Assembly (NCBI GenBank): GCA_965200155.1
Contig: CBDATR010000010.1
Span: 384,001-448,000 of the forward strand
Direction: 5' to 3'
Origin: Nitrosopumilaceae archaeon
Lineage (GTDB): Archaea; Thermoproteota; Nitrososphaeria; Nitrososphaerales; Nitrosopumilaceae
Length of the DNA: 64,000 nt
In this document: positions 20,444 through 30,492 of the stretch, in pieces
How the letters are laid out: each line of letters opens with the position of its first letter
Numbering within the stretch: the stretch's first letter is position 1
Program-made: the position numbers and the translations under genes
Notes under the pieces: generated by a model
The model's input: only the letters and a program-made list of their open reading frames with translations
Told to the model about the DNA's origin: nothing
The model's database searches: none

Positions 20444-21484
20444 ATGGCTGATTTACTTACCGTAAAATGGGAGGATGGCAAGGTGGTAATGATAGACCAG
20501 ACCAAGCTCCCTAACCAGCTAGAATATGTCAAGTATGATAACTATGAGGGTGTTGCCGAGGCCATACGTACACTGGTTGTCCGTGGCGCCCCCGCGATTG
20601 GTGTGTCCGCGGCATTCGGGATGGCGCTTGCTGCTAAGAATAGTGCTAGCACTACACTGTCCGGTATCCTGCATGATATGGACGTGGCTAGGGATGCTCT
20701 ACAGGCTACTAGGCCTACGGCAATAAACTTGGTTTGGGCACTGAACCGTGTATATGACTCCGTTGCCGAATGTGATACGATACAAGAGGTGCGGCAGGGC
20801 GCCTTGGATGAGGCGCTGAAGATGGCCCAAGAAGACATTCAGACCAACATGACAATGGGGCAGAATGGTGCCGTATTATTCCAGGATGGTGACTGCATAA
20901 TGACTCACTGCAATGCCGGTGCCCTAGCTACGGTTGCCTATGGTACGGCGCTAGGGGTGATACGCGCCAGTCGGGAATCGGGGAAAAATGTCCGTGTAGT
21001 GGCGACTGAGACAAGACCGGTACAGCAGGGGTCGCGTCTTACAGCGTTTGAGTTGAAGCATGACGGGTTTGATGTGAGCCTGATACCTGATACCGCAGTA
21101 GGTTATACCATGACTACTGGCATGGTGGACAAGGTAGTGGTAGGAGCCGACCGTATTTTATCAACTGGTCACGTATTCAACAAGATAGGCACCTATCAGG
21201 TTGCAGTAATGGCCAACCTTCACAATATACCATTCTACGTGGCCGCCCCCCTGTCTACATTCGACATGAAGAGCGAACCAAATAATGTTACCATAGAGAT
21301 GAGGCAGGGCGCCGAGGTGGCGGGACCCGATGATAGAAGGACGGCTCCCCCGGATATAAACGTGATAAACCCGGCCTTTGACATGACGCCGCCCGAACTC
21401 ATATCTGGTATCATCACCGAGGCTGGCGTAGCTAGACCTCCCTATGAGACTTCGATAAAAGAATTATTCAAAGCTAATTTTTAA
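20444..21484 (+). CDS. mtnA: Methylthioribose-1-phosphate isomerase
   Basis: VRGAPAIG, TRPTAINL, THCNAGALAT, ETRP..QG.RLT, NKIGT, NPAFD.TP. Confidence 0.95.
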   Translation: MADLLTVKWEDGKVVMIDQTKLPNQLEYVKYDNYEGVAEAIRTLVVRGAPAIGVSAAFGMALAAKNSASTTLSGILHDMDVARDALQATRPTAINLVWALNRVYDSVAECDTIQEVRQGALDEALKMAQEDIQTNMTMGQNGAVLFQDGDCIMTHCNAGALATVAYGTALGVIRASRESGKNVRVVATETRPVQQGSRLTAFELKHDGFDVSLIPDTAVGYTMTTGMVDKVVVGADRILSTGHVFNKIGTYQVAVMANLHNIPFYVAAPLSTFDMKSEPNNVTIEMRQGAEVAGPDDRRTAPPDINVINPAFDMTPPELISGIITEAGVARPPYETSIKELFKANF

Positions 21485-21518
21485 AACCTTTTTATGGTTT
21501 TTAGTCAATTGCAATCCC

Positions 21519-22154
21519 GTGACAGTAAACAGTACAGATGTTGTGAAGTCATTGAGGCAGTGTATGGACCCCGAAGTCCCTCTTAACATAGTGGAGATGG
21601 GTCTTATCTACGGTGTTGATGTTCAATCCAATAACGATGTCAATATCACCATGACCATGACCACTAGGGGATGTCCGTTACACGATACCCTGGTACAGGA
21701 TGTGACCAGGTATGCCAAGAAGGTTCCCGGAGTGAATAATGTGGATGTCAAGATAGTTTGGGATCCCCCCTGGTCCATGGACAGGATGACCGAGGAGGCA
21801 CGGGCAAAGATAAAAGATATGGCCAACGGTGGAAATGGTCCGGCCCCCATGAATTATGAGACTGCAATGCCCCAGGGTGTGGGAAAACTGGTAAAACAGG
21901 AAGACAATTCCCTAGTGCTGGTGAATGAACACGAACAGGGCTTTATGGTGAATCAGGCCATAGTTGACTTTTGGCGATGCTGTAACGGGAAGCGAAAGCT
22001 TACTGATTTGGTGGACGTATTTGCAAAACAGACCGGCCTACAGCGCAGTCAGGTAGAGAAGGAAGTGACCCAACTGATACAGCAATTGCGCGACGGAGGC
22101 TTGGTGGCTATATCTGACCAGCCAGAAGTACCCAACGTATATTTCCGTAGCTAG
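21519..22154 (+). CDS. DUF59/SufT Fe-S assembly domain fused to a PqqD-like C-terminal domain
   Basis: DPE..NIVEMGLIY, TT.GCP, VWDPPW; C-terminal N.A..FW..CNG.R...L.....L..LR..GL pattern. Confidence 0.82.
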   Translation: MTVNSTDVVKSLRQCMDPEVPLNIVEMGLIYGVDVQSNNDVNITMTMTTRGCPLHDTLVQDVTRYAKKVPGVNNVDVKIVWDPPWSMDRMTEEARAKIKDMANGGNGPAPMNYETAMPQGVGKLVKQEDNSLVLVNEHEQGFMVNQAIVDFWRCCNGKRKLTDLVDVFAKQTGLQRSQVEKEVTQLIQQLRDGGLVAISDQPEVPNVYFRS

Positions 22155-22795
22155 AACAGATGGGCCGAGCTGGCACCGTCAAAGGTTATGGTAATGCCGG
22201 AGAGATATTTGATGTTTTTCTGCACTATTGTGGCAACAAAGTCTCCTATCTCCCGGGGTTCGCCCATGCGCCCCATGGGTAACTGGCTCACATTCACTCC
22301 CATGTCCTTGACAACCTCTTTTGCGCGGTCTGTGGCTATGAGGCCCGGAGCTATGTCTATACAACTAATGTTACTGGCCGCGGCAACCTTGCTGTATATC
22401 TTGAGTACTTCCACAAAGGCTGCCCTATACGCACTGGACAGCACAAGTACCGGATTGGGCTCCTTCACCACTGATGAACTAATGAGAAAGATGTACCCTC
22501 CGGGATTTACCTTAATTTCACGCAACAGTATGACTAATCCCTTGAAGAGCTGGTCGTGATACCGGTCCCACTCATGATCCGCGACATCATTGAGGGTCTT
22601 GGGAGGGGGACCGCCTGTATTCAGTACCAGAATGTCCGTACTCTTCTGAGTAGTGGCGAACTGTCTCACCGAGTCCATGTCTGCCGTATCTACCTGTTGG
22701 CGTCCTGTAGCTACAACCGTGTAACCTGTATTCTCCAAAGATTCCGCAATGGCCTTGCCTATTCCCTTTGTACCACCCAGAACGATTGCCTTCAT
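22151..22795 (-). CDS. Short-chain dehydrogenase/reductase
   Basis: GGTKGIG, LNTGGP, PG.I.TDR, PMGRMG.P. Confidence 0.9.
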   Translation of the reverse strand: MKAIVLGGTKGIGKAIAESLENTGYTVVATGRQQVDTADMDSVRQFATTQKSTDILVLNTGGPPPKTLNDVADHEWDRYHDQLFKGLVILLREIKVNPGGYIFLISSSVVKEPNPVLVLSSAYRAAFVEVLKIYSKVAAASNISCIDIAPGLIATDRAKEVVKDMGVNVSQLPMGRMGEPREIGDFVATIVQKNIKYLSGITITFDGASSAHLF

Positions 22796-22923
22796 GCTCG
22801 TGTACTGACTTTGTGTTTTTAAATTTCTTTGCCGTGTGAGTTCATCTACATCACACTATTGCACGACAGATGGTGAAGATTTAGACATGAATTCATACAT
22901 TAGTTTAATGTGACACAAGACGG

Positions 22924-23166
22924 TCAGTCTTCAATCTTTTTTATGTCTGTGGTGGTTGCCAGTACTGAATCCATCTGGACTACCACTCTCGTACTGTCCC
23001 ACCCCAAGGCTACATACCAATCCCCTGCATCTAGGTGGAACTTGGTCTCCAGGGTCTGTACCATATCTGGTGTGACGTCGTATTTTTTTATCACCGCGGA
23101 TATGGCCAGCGCTATGGCATCGCTCTCCTTCTCCAGTCGGCGCTTCATTAATCCTATGCCTGGCAT
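22924..23166 (-). CDS. Hypothetical protein
   Basis: Compact ORF MPGIGLMKRRLEKE..WYVALGW. Confidence 0.65.
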   Translation of the reverse strand: MPGIGLMKRRLEKESDAIALAISAVIKKYDVTPDMVQTLETKFHLDAGDWYVALGWDSTRVVVQMDSVLATTTDIKKIED

Positions 23167-23226
23167 GGTAATATCATGAGTGAGGGTGCATATATGTTTG
23201 AGCAAATTCTTGCGTTCTAATACAGA

Positions 23227-23301
23227 AGGGCCCGGAGGGCTTCGATCCCTCGACCTGGCGGTCCGAAGCCGCCTGCACTGTCCAGGCTATGCTACGGGCC
23301 C
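23227..23301 (-). tRNA. tRNA-Arg(TCG)
   Basis: Reverse complement GGGCCCG..GGCGG-CTTCGGA-CCGCC..GAGGG-ATCGAAG-CCCTC-CGGGCCC folds as a cloverleaf. Confidence 0.93.
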
Positions 23302-23345
23302 AATCACCTAGTTAATTAACCGGTCTAAATATCTGTCTTGATACA

Positions 23346-24524
23346 TTGAAAGTGTCAAAGAAGGTGGCCGGAGTAGAATATGCCATACGGGATATAGTAG
23401 CCGCCGCCAGAAAAGTAGAGGATAGCGGCAAGCAGGTGGAGTATCTCAATATCGGGGATCCCGCACAGTATGGTTATCAGCCCCCTTCCAATGTCATAGA
23501 CGCGTACATAGACGCCATCAGGGGCGGGAAAAATTTCTATGCGCCATCTGAGGGGTTGCCAGCTCTCCGCGAAGAGATATGCAAAAAGGAGCGCGCCAAG
23601 GGATTGCGTATGATGCCAGAGGACGTGATTGTAACTAATGGTCTCTCCGAGGCGCTGGATATGGTGACTGCCTCCATAATAGAGTCCAGCGATGAAGTGT
23701 TGTTACCGGGTCCCTACTACCCTCCATATTCCTCGTATGTCAAGCTGCACGGCGGGGTACCTGTGGAGTTTCACGTGGACTTGTTCACAGGAAAGCCCGA
23801 CATGGATGACATGCGCTCAAAGATAACTAGTAAAACCATCGCCATCTGCCTGATAAATCCCAACAACCCCACCGGAATGGTGCTTGATCAAAAGTCCCTG
23901 ACAGACATAGTGAACCTGGCCAACGAGTATGGTCTGTATGTAATATGTGATGAGATATACGACAGTATAACGTATGATAAGCCCTTTGTGGGTATGGGGA
24001 AGGTGGCGGGCGACTCGCCGGTCATAATACTCAACGGGTTCTCCAAAGTGAACCTAATGACCGGATGGCGCCTGGGATATATTGCATTCTCTGACTCGCC
24101 CCATCTGGATAATATAAAGCGGTATCTGCCACAACTGGCTCGTGTCCGCATTGCATCCAACATGCCTGCACAGTATGCCGCCATAGAGTCATTGCGCGGC
24201 CCCCAGACGTATGTGGATAATTTTGTTAACGAGATGCGTAAACACCGGGATATGGTGGTAAGGCGCCTAAACTCCATGCCCGGCATATCCTGCCCTAACG
24301 TCAGTGGGGCATTCTACGTGTTTCCCCGAATAGATGATAACCCGTATGATAGCGATCATGAGTTTGTGCTTAAACTGCTGGAGCGTCAGGGGGTTCTTAC
24401 TGTTCACGGCTCCGGGTTTGGTAACACCTACGGGACGGGCCATTTCCGGCTGGTCTTTCTGCCTCCCCTAAGTACGCTGGAGTCCGCCTTGGACAAGATA
24501 GAGTCATTTATGACCACTGGCTGA
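23346..24524 (+). CDS. Class I/II PLP-dependent aminotransferase (AlaA-like)
   Basis: LNIGDP, INPNNPTG, DEIYD, NGFSK..MTGWRLG. Confidence 0.92.
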   Translation: MKVSKKVAGVEYAIRDIVAAARKVEDSGKQVEYLNIGDPAQYGYQPPSNVIDAYIDAIRGGKNFYAPSEGLPALREEICKKERAKGLRMMPEDVIVTNGLSEALDMVTASIIESSDEVLLPGPYYPPYSSYVKLHGGVPVEFHVDLFTGKPDMDDMRSKITSKTIAICLINPNNPTGMVLDQKSLTDIVNLANEYGLYVICDEIYDSITYDKPFVGMGKVAGDSPVIILNGFSKVNLMTGWRLGYIAFSDSPHLDNIKRYLPQLARVRIASNMPAQYAAIESLRGPQTYVDNFVNEMRKHRDMVVRRLNSMPGISCPNVSGAFYVFPRIDDNPYDSDHEFVLKLLERQGVLTVHGSGFGNTYGTGHFRLVFLPPLSTLESALDKIESFMTTG

Positions 24525-24900
24525 GGCCCTGAACCTGTATGGCTATGATGCAGTCCGTATCCTCCAGTAATGATTGGGCGGAGGGGTCCTGTATAGAATC
24601 AAAGTATCTCAAAAGGATGGCCTGCGCCGTCTCCCGTACTGTATCCCGGTCGGTGATTAGGGCTGCCGCACCCTTTCCCATTATGCCGTATAGTGGCGAG
24701 CGTATGCCCTTGTCCACACAGAACGCGGCCTGATGTGAACGGCGTATATTCACCGCTTTTGCAGTACGGGTGTTTGTGCCAATGTATATGGTGTCTCCCC
24801 TGTACATGTACCATACCGGCACCACGTGGGGCATTCCGTGCTGATCCGCGGTAGCCAGGTGCAGTATCTTTTGCCCTCTCAGAAATTCATGCGGGTCCAT
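24508..24900 (-). CDS. Pyridoxamine 5'-phosphate oxidase-like (possibly F420-binding) protein
   Basis: LAT..G.PHVVPVWY, K..NI.R motif. Confidence 0.85.
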   Translation of the reverse strand: MDPHEFLRGQKILHLATADQHGMPHVVPVWYMYRGDTIYIGTNTRTAKAVNIRRSHQAAFCVDKGIRSPLYGIMGKGAAALITDRDTVRETAQAILLRYFDSIQDPSAQSLLEDTDCIIAIQVQGLSQWS

Positions 24901-25117
24901 TCTTTCTGTATCCCAGTGCTATCATTATGCCACCAAAACATATCATGGCTAGTGATACCTTCTCATTCGTAAAGTCTCCGCTAATGATAAAATCTCCCAC
25001 AAACTCAAACCCCCACAGCGCTACCTGCCGGATAAAAACTATGAGCGCCACTACAATAAACAAAACTCCTATGGCCGTATACCAGTTACGACCACGTCTA
25101 TAGTATAGGGGACTCAA
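24887..25117 (-). CDS. Small two-TM membrane protein
   Basis: Two hydrophobic segments; overlaps both neighbours in an operon. Confidence 0.65.
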   Translation of the reverse strand: MSPLYYRRGRNWYTAIGVLFIVVALIVFIRQVALWGFEFVGDFIISGDFTNEKVSLAMICFGGIMIALGYRKNGPA

Positions 25118-25785
25118 ATTATCTTTATGCCTGGATTCTTTATCTTGTTACGGATCATGGCGTTGAGGAGTATTGGGGTTGCTATCTCTGCCATATATGC
25201 AAGACTTCCGCCTCCCAGATATATGGGCCTTAGTCCCTCTATCTCGTTTATAAGCCCGTTCACGGTCTTGACTGCATCCTTGTTGTCCCCACACACGAAT
25301 ATGTCATAATCCAGGCTACGGTGAGGGTCGGCCAGCTTCTTTTCTGATATTACATGAAATGCCGAGACCAACCTTTGCGGGTTATTCATATGGGCGGCGA
25401 TCATCTGGTGTGCGTAACCCTTGCCGTCCCTGAATGGTACAAACTCAAACCCGGTCGAGGTCTTTTCCATGGGGACTACAGGCGAGACCACTATACACTC
25501 TGAGGGTGCCGCGGAGAGTACGTCTGGACATATTGAATCTATATTTTCGTACGGTATGGAAAGTAGCAATACATCGCTCTCTCTGGCCGCAGATAAATTG
25601 TCCGTACCTCGTATCGTACCATTTATGTTATCATATGACTGGTCGGCAAAGTCCGTATATTCCTTGGCAGCCTGCTCTGCGCGCGAGGCACTGCGTGATC
25701 CAACTATTACATTATGATTCCTGCACCAGCGTATGGCGTAACCCTTGCCCATACCGCCTGTGCCACCTATAATGCCAATGTTCAA
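25114..25785 (-). CDS. npdG: NADPH-dependent F420 reductase
   Basis: IGIIGGTGGMGKG, VGSR, SPVVP, VSAFH, VCGD; TTG start 25785. Confidence 0.88.
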   Translation of the reverse strand: MNIGIIGGTGGMGKGYAIRWCRNHNVIVGSRSASRAEQAAKEYTDFADQSYDNINGTIRGTDNLSAARESDVLLLSIPYENIDSICPDVLSAAPSECIVVSPVVPMEKTSTGFEFVPFRDGKGYAHQMIAAHMNNPQRLVSAFHVISEKKLADPHRSLDYDIFVCGDNKDAVKTVNGLINEIEGLRPIYLGGGSLAYMAEIATPILLNAMIRNKIKNPGIKII

Positions 25786-25834
25786 TACGGCTAATCTGAC
25801 AATGTTCTTATTATCTCTATTCATTAATGGCGCC

Positions 25835-26458
25835 GTGTCCTCTTTGATATTCCTGCGTCATGGTCAGGCGCAAAATAACGTGGAGCAACGCCTAGTTGGC
25901 CGAATGCCAAACATTCCCCTGACTGAGTTGGGTGCACAACAGGCAAGGTATGCTGCAGACTATTTATCGGAGATGAATATATCCAAAATCTATTCCAGTC
26001 CCATACAGCGAACTGTCCAAACTGCACAGATAGTCTCTGAACGCTGTTCTGTGGATATCATACAGGATGACAGGCTTATCGAGATAGATATGGCAAAATT
26101 TGCCGGTATGAAGTATCAGAGTATGTTGCAAAAGTATGGTAACATGTTTCTCAAGTTTTACCAAGGTGATGCACTATTTGATAATGATGACACCGAAACC
26201 TTCAAGAGCGTACAGACAAGAGTCGCTGACTTGGTAAAAGATGTTCTTGAGATGCATCCTGGTGAGAATGTGGTTTTGGTAACTCATATGGATCCCATCA
26301 AGGCTATGCTAACATCTGTGATTAACCTCACTCCCGATAATCTACAAAATCTAATAATTGCCAACGCATCAATAAACATATTTCAGGTATACCAGAACCA
26401 GATCTCGCTGGGTGGCATAAACATAATGGCTCCCTCAAGATTCCGGCATACATGGTGA
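25835..26458 (+). CDS. Histidine phosphatase family protein
   Basis: LRHGQ, YSSP..RT.QTA, VTH.D motifs. Confidence 0.9.
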   Translation: MSSLIFLRHGQAQNNVEQRLVGRMPNIPLTELGAQQARYAADYLSEMNISKIYSSPIQRTVQTAQIVSERCSVDIIQDDRLIEIDMAKFAGMKYQSMLQKYGNMFLKFYQGDALFDNDDTETFKSVQTRVADLVKDVLEMHPGENVVLVTHMDPIKAMLTSVINLTPDNLQNLIIANASINIFQVYQNQISLGGINIMAPSRFRHTW

Positions 26459-26602
26459 TGCCTAGCGGTTTTAGATGAACCGCGTACTAGTATGAGTTTG
26501 CATCTTACACAACTTTAGACTCAAACCATATCAATACTGGGGGGCATCGTGCACAAATTCATAGATAAACAATAATCTGCGCAGAAATATGGCTAAAATT
26601 CG

Positions 26603-26701
26603 GTATGAGTTCACGTCTTCCGGAATCTTGTGCACAAAAGAACCGGTTCTTTAACTGTCGCGATCAGTTATGCGTAAATTTAGACACAGGTGAACTCATA
26701 C
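26603..26701. mobile_element. IS66-type MITE (99-bp variant), left arm of a composite unit
   Basis: TIRs intact; left flank AAAATTCG. Confidence 0.93.
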
Positions 26702-26867
26702 CTTAACTTTTCTGTTTCACACGAGTCTGTGTGGGAAAACCCATGATACTAGGTCAATTACTCGTATCTAACAACTTGGTTTAGAGGTGCAGGGTGGGAG
26801 AGGTGATTCTGCGCATACGGTCTAATGGAAGACGTGAAAAAATGGAGGCAAGAAATGTCAGAAAAGG

Positions 26868-26966
26868 GTATGAGTTCACGTCTTCCGGAATATTGTGCAC
26901 AAAAGAACCGGTTCTTTAACTGTCGCGATCAGTTGTGCGTAAATTTAGACACAGGTGAACTCACAC
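26868..26966. mobile_element. IS66-type MITE (99-bp variant), right arm of a composite unit
   Basis: TIRs intact; right flank AAAATTCG. Confidence 0.93.
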
Positions 26967-27064
26967 AAAATTCGGTCATAATGAGGCGGCAATCCACACT
27001 TTGGCGTGACTATCCTCCTACTAATGGTAAACTGGCGATTTTGTAAACCATTAAATAGAATCTA

Positions 27065-27334
27065 TTGGGATTTGCAATGTACATGCGGCTCATAACCTGC
27101 ATCCTAATCTTGACGTTTGCGGTATTCCCAATAGGTATGGCTTATGCGGCAACTGATGAGCCCGGGGAGTATTTGGACCGCCGAGCGGAGATATGGAATC
27201 TGTTCTTTAGGATGATGGTTGTGGCATTCACTATAGGCGCAGTGGTAACTGGAACGCTTATCTGGCTCATATGGAGATTCAGGGAGTCCAATCCCAAAGC
27301 TACGCCGACAGAGTTTGAGGGGTCTGATTGGTGA
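27065..27334 (+). CDS. Small membrane protein of the cox operon (resembles the TM part of oxidase subunit II)
   Basis: IWNLF...VV.G.L....WRFRE pattern; overlaps coxB. Confidence 0.7.
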   Translation: MGFAMYMRLITCILILTFAVFPIGMAYAATDEPGEYLDRRAEIWNLFFRMMVVAFTIGAVVTGTLIWLIWRFRESNPKATPTEFEGSDW

Positions 27335-27759
27335 TGACCCACTCGACTTGGTCCGAATGGATATACATAGGCGTAGTGGTTGCGCTACTCTGTTGGGTAG
27401 GTGCCGAGGCATGGAACGTAGAGCGGCTGGTGGAGCACATACCCGAGGATGCAGAGACAATCAAGGTGACTGGGGCACAGTGGTTCTGGACATTTGAACA
27501 TGAGGATGGTACAAAGGAGATCGGAGAGCTCCACTTGGAGACTGGCAAGGCTTATCGCTTTGAAATCACCTCCACTGATGTGATACACTCTTTCAACATA
27601 CATGACTATGTGGTATTGCTGGACGCGGTACCGGGACGGGTCAATACTGTGTGGTTTGCACCCACTGAGGCAGGTGTTTATGACATACAGTGTCGTGAGT
27701 ATTGTGGACTACTGCACTATTCCATGCGTGGAACAGTATTTGTGGAGGATCCAACTTGA
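27328..27759 (+). CDS. coxB: Heme-copper oxidase subunit II (CuA)
   Basis: QWFWTF, DVIHSF, DAVPGR, CREYCGLLHYSM. Confidence 0.95.
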   Translation: MVMTHSTWSEWIYIGVVVALLCWVGAEAWNVERLVEHIPEDAETIKVTGAQWFWTFEHEDGTKEIGELHLETGKAYRFEITSTDVIHSFNIHDYVVLLDAVPGRVNTVWFAPTEAGVYDIQCREYCGLLHYSMRGTVFVEDPT

Positions 27760-27801
27760 AAACAATTTTAAATCGTATATCGATAGGAGCATCTGATTAA
27801 T

Positions 27802-29328
27802 TTGGTTCTTGAGCTTCACAAGCCTCGCCCTATTTGGCAGATTATGTTCTCTACCCACCATACCGATGTTGGGTTACTATACCTCATTACGTCGTTGGCT
27901 TTCCTGTTTCTGGGTGGTAGCCTTGCTTTGGCCATAAGAGCAGAACTGTTCTTTCCGGGCGCTCAGATAATTGGCGACTCGATGACGTTTAATCGTATGT
28001 TCACTGTCCATGGTACTACGCTGATATTTCTGTTCATACTACCATCAGCGTCTGCAGTAGGAAATTACTTTGTTCCAATCATGGTTCGTTACAAGGATAT
28101 GGCATACCCCAAACTTAACGCCATCGCCTTCTGGATGATTCCTCCGGGTGGGGCCCTGATATGGTTGGGCTTTGCCGACTTTACATGGTACGCCAACCCT
28201 CCCTACTCCATAATCAGTGCCCCGGGACCCGCGGCAGACATGTGGATATTCGGGCTCAAGATATTGGGTGTCTCCTCCATACTGGGAGCGATTAATTTTG
28301 TAGTCACAATAATGAAGTGTAAGCATCCGGACATGTCCCTGGGACAAGTTCCCCTCTTGGCATGGTCTTTTCTTTCATCATCACTAATCATACTTGTGGC
28401 ACTACCTACATTTGCAGCAGCACTGCTTATGCTACTTACCGACAGGCTGGGCGTATCGGGCTTCTTTAACCCAGCCATGGGTGGTGATCCCATTGCATAC
28501 GCGCACCTGTTCTGGTTTACATTCCACCCCGAGGTGTATGTCTTGGTCATACCTGCTATTGGAATGATGTACGAGATTGTACCGCGCTTCTCTCGAAGGC
28601 CTATACGAGTATATTCCTCAGGTATTGCAGCATTTGTTCTGCTCTCTATAGTGGGTTTTGCCTCTTGGGCTCACCACATGTATGCCACAGGAATGTCATT
28701 TACCGAGAAGACGGTATTCATGGTAGGAACATTGGCTGCGGTGCCCGCTTCGGCAATGCACGTATTCAACTTGTTGGGCAGTATGTGGAGTGGCCGCATT
28801 CGTTTTGCAACACCCATGATGTGGGCTGTAGGCGGAATAGCACTGTTCTTTTCTGCTGGGGCAGGCGGTGTGGTGAACAGCGCCATGCCACTGGACTTTG
28901 TTACCCACGACTCATACTGGGTTGTAGGGCACTTCCATCTCTTTGTTATGGGTACCATAGCCTTCGGGACTATTGGCTATGTCTACTACATGTTCCCATA
29001 TGTTACTGGTCGTATGTACAACGAGGCCTTGGGCAAGATACACTTTATTCTGTCCATGGTAGGCGCAGTCATGATATTCTTCACACAACACGTGCTTGGC
29101 TTGTACGGTATGCCCCGCCGTGTTTATGATTATCCTCCAATCCCGGAATGGATTGTCATGAACCAGATTGCTACAATAGGCGCAATGCTTATCGGTGTAG
29201 GCATGGTCGTGTGGCTTGCCAATCTCATACACAGCTCCGCCAAGGGTGACGAGGCCAATATGGACGACCCCTTTGGTTTGGGCGGTAAGTACTACTACCC
29301 GCACCAGCAGAAGAACCCCCATCATTAG
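27802..29328 (+). CDS. coxA: Heme-copper oxidase subunit I
   Basis: FTVHG, FWFTFHPEVY, WAHHMY, VVGHFH, GMPRR. Confidence 0.97.
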   Translation: MVLELHKPRPIWQIMFSTHHTDVGLLYLITSLAFLFLGGSLALAIRAELFFPGAQIIGDSMTFNRMFTVHGTTLIFLFILPSASAVGNYFVPIMVRYKDMAYPKLNAIAFWMIPPGGALIWLGFADFTWYANPPYSIISAPGPAADMWIFGLKILGVSSILGAINFVVTIMKCKHPDMSLGQVPLLAWSFLSSSLIILVALPTFAAALLMLLTDRLGVSGFFNPAMGGDPIAYAHLFWFTFHPEVYVLVIPAIGMMYEIVPRFSRRPIRVYSSGIAAFVLLSIVGFASWAHHMYATGMSFTEKTVFMVGTLAAVPASAMHVFNLLGSMWSGRIRFATPMMWAVGGIALFFSAGAGGVVNSAMPLDFVTHDSYWVVGHFHLFVMGTIAFGTIGYVYYMFPYVTGRMYNEALGKIHFILSMVGAVMIFFTQHVLGLYGMPRRVYDYPPIPEWIVMNQIATIGAMLIGVGMVVWLANLIHSSAKGDEANMDDPFGLGGKYYYPHQQKNPHH

Positions 29329-29333
29329 GTGAT

Positions 29334-29912
29334 ATGAAAATGGATACAGAAAATACACCAATAATGAGAACAAGTGCCGCTAGGACGGGTAAGATGATGG
29401 CCATACTTGTGGGCATTTGTGTTGCAGGTGGCGGCGTATTCTTTGGATTATGGGATTACTGGATATCTGAACCACCTCCAGTACTGGAAGTGATGGGTAT
29501 AGAACCTCCTGCCGTAATGGGTGTGCATACAGGTGATGAAATAGACATCAGGCTCGCCTTTATTGAGGCTTCAAACTTTATTGATTTATCATTCAATGAA
29601 GTTCTTGGGGAGCCCGGTGCCAACCCTGACATATTCGTAAACCCCGGTGACAAGATAAACTTTGAGATAGTTCATGAGGGTGTACTACTACATGCCTTTG
29701 GCGTTACCGGCGTGGACAGTGGTGTTGCAGGCATCTTCCAGGGCTCAGAGGTCGCCTCGGCAGCCAGTCCGCTGACTGCCGGTCAGTCTGGTAACTCCAT
29801 ATTCATACCGCCGGAAGAGGGCATATACTACTACATCTGCACTGTTGCCGGTCATAGGGAACAGGGAATGGTAGGCCGAATAATCGTGGGCGATGTGGAA
29901 ATTCCGGAATAA
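29334..29912 (+). CDS. Membrane-anchored blue copper (cupredoxin) protein
   Basis: N-terminal TM; H..., YYICTVAGHREQGM type-1 Cu site. Confidence 0.9.
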   Translation: MKMDTENTPIMRTSAARTGKMMAILVGICVAGGGVFFGLWDYWISEPPPVLEVMGIEPPAVMGVHTGDEIDIRLAFIEASNFIDLSFNEVLGEPGANPDIFVNPGDKINFEIVHEGVLLHAFGVTGVDSGVAGIFQGSEVASAASPLTAGQSGNSIFIPPEEGIYYYICTVAGHREQGMVGRIIVGDVEIPE

Positions 29913-30042
29913 GCCCAGTTAATTCCACAATACTATTACAATTATGGGCAATGGCCCAGTCCTTGGATACTATAATATTACACTGCGTATATTGTATGTC
30001 TGTGCGCTTGCCGGAAGCAGACTATGAGGCGATGATATAGTC

Positions 30043-30492
30043 TTGGCCATCCAGTACCTGGCTCTGTCTACCATGATAGTATTGTACTCCTTGATGTTTA
30101 TTGGCGGGTACATATCCGCGGCGGGTCTTGGACTGACTTGTCCGGAATGGCCACTCTGCCCCAACGGCATTATGCCCTCAGAGGAGTATCTTATTGAATG
30201 GGTGCACCGGCTGATAGCTGCCACCACCGGAGCTCTGGTACTGGCAACTATGGTAGCTTCCTACTTGAACCGCAATGCTGACATAAAGATCAAGGTAACC
30301 AGCTCCATGGCTTCGGTATTTGTTGTTACACAGATAACATTGGGGGCGCTGGTGATAGATCTTAAACTCCACGCGGTTCTGGTAGCTGTACATCTTGGCA
30401 TAGGCATACTACTCTTTTCCATGGTGCTGCTTACGACGCTCTATGCGTTCCGGATTGCTCGCGCTAAGAAACTGAGCGCTGGCGTTTCATAA
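30043..30492 (+). CDS. ctaA: Heme A synthase (short CtaA/COX15)
   Basis: GLTCPEWPLC, EWVHR, QITLG, VHL. Confidence 0.9.
   Translation: MAIQYLALSTMIVLYSLMFIGGYISAAGLGLTCPEWPLCPNGIMPSEEYLIEWVHRLIAATTGALVLATMVASYLNRNADIKIKVTSSMASVFVVTQITLGALVIDLKLHAVLVAVHLGIGILLFSMVLLTTLYAFRIARAKKLSAGVS

Noticed and set aside
23227-23301. tRNA as an integration site, and unusual T-loop (ATCGAAG)
   Set aside because: No duplicated tRNA 3' end or integrase seen in the window; from memory this T-loop type is common in thaumarchaeal tRNAs
27065-30492. Short coxB, half-size ctaA and a cupredoxin in place of cytochrome c
   Set aside because: Established features of the AOA respiratory chain
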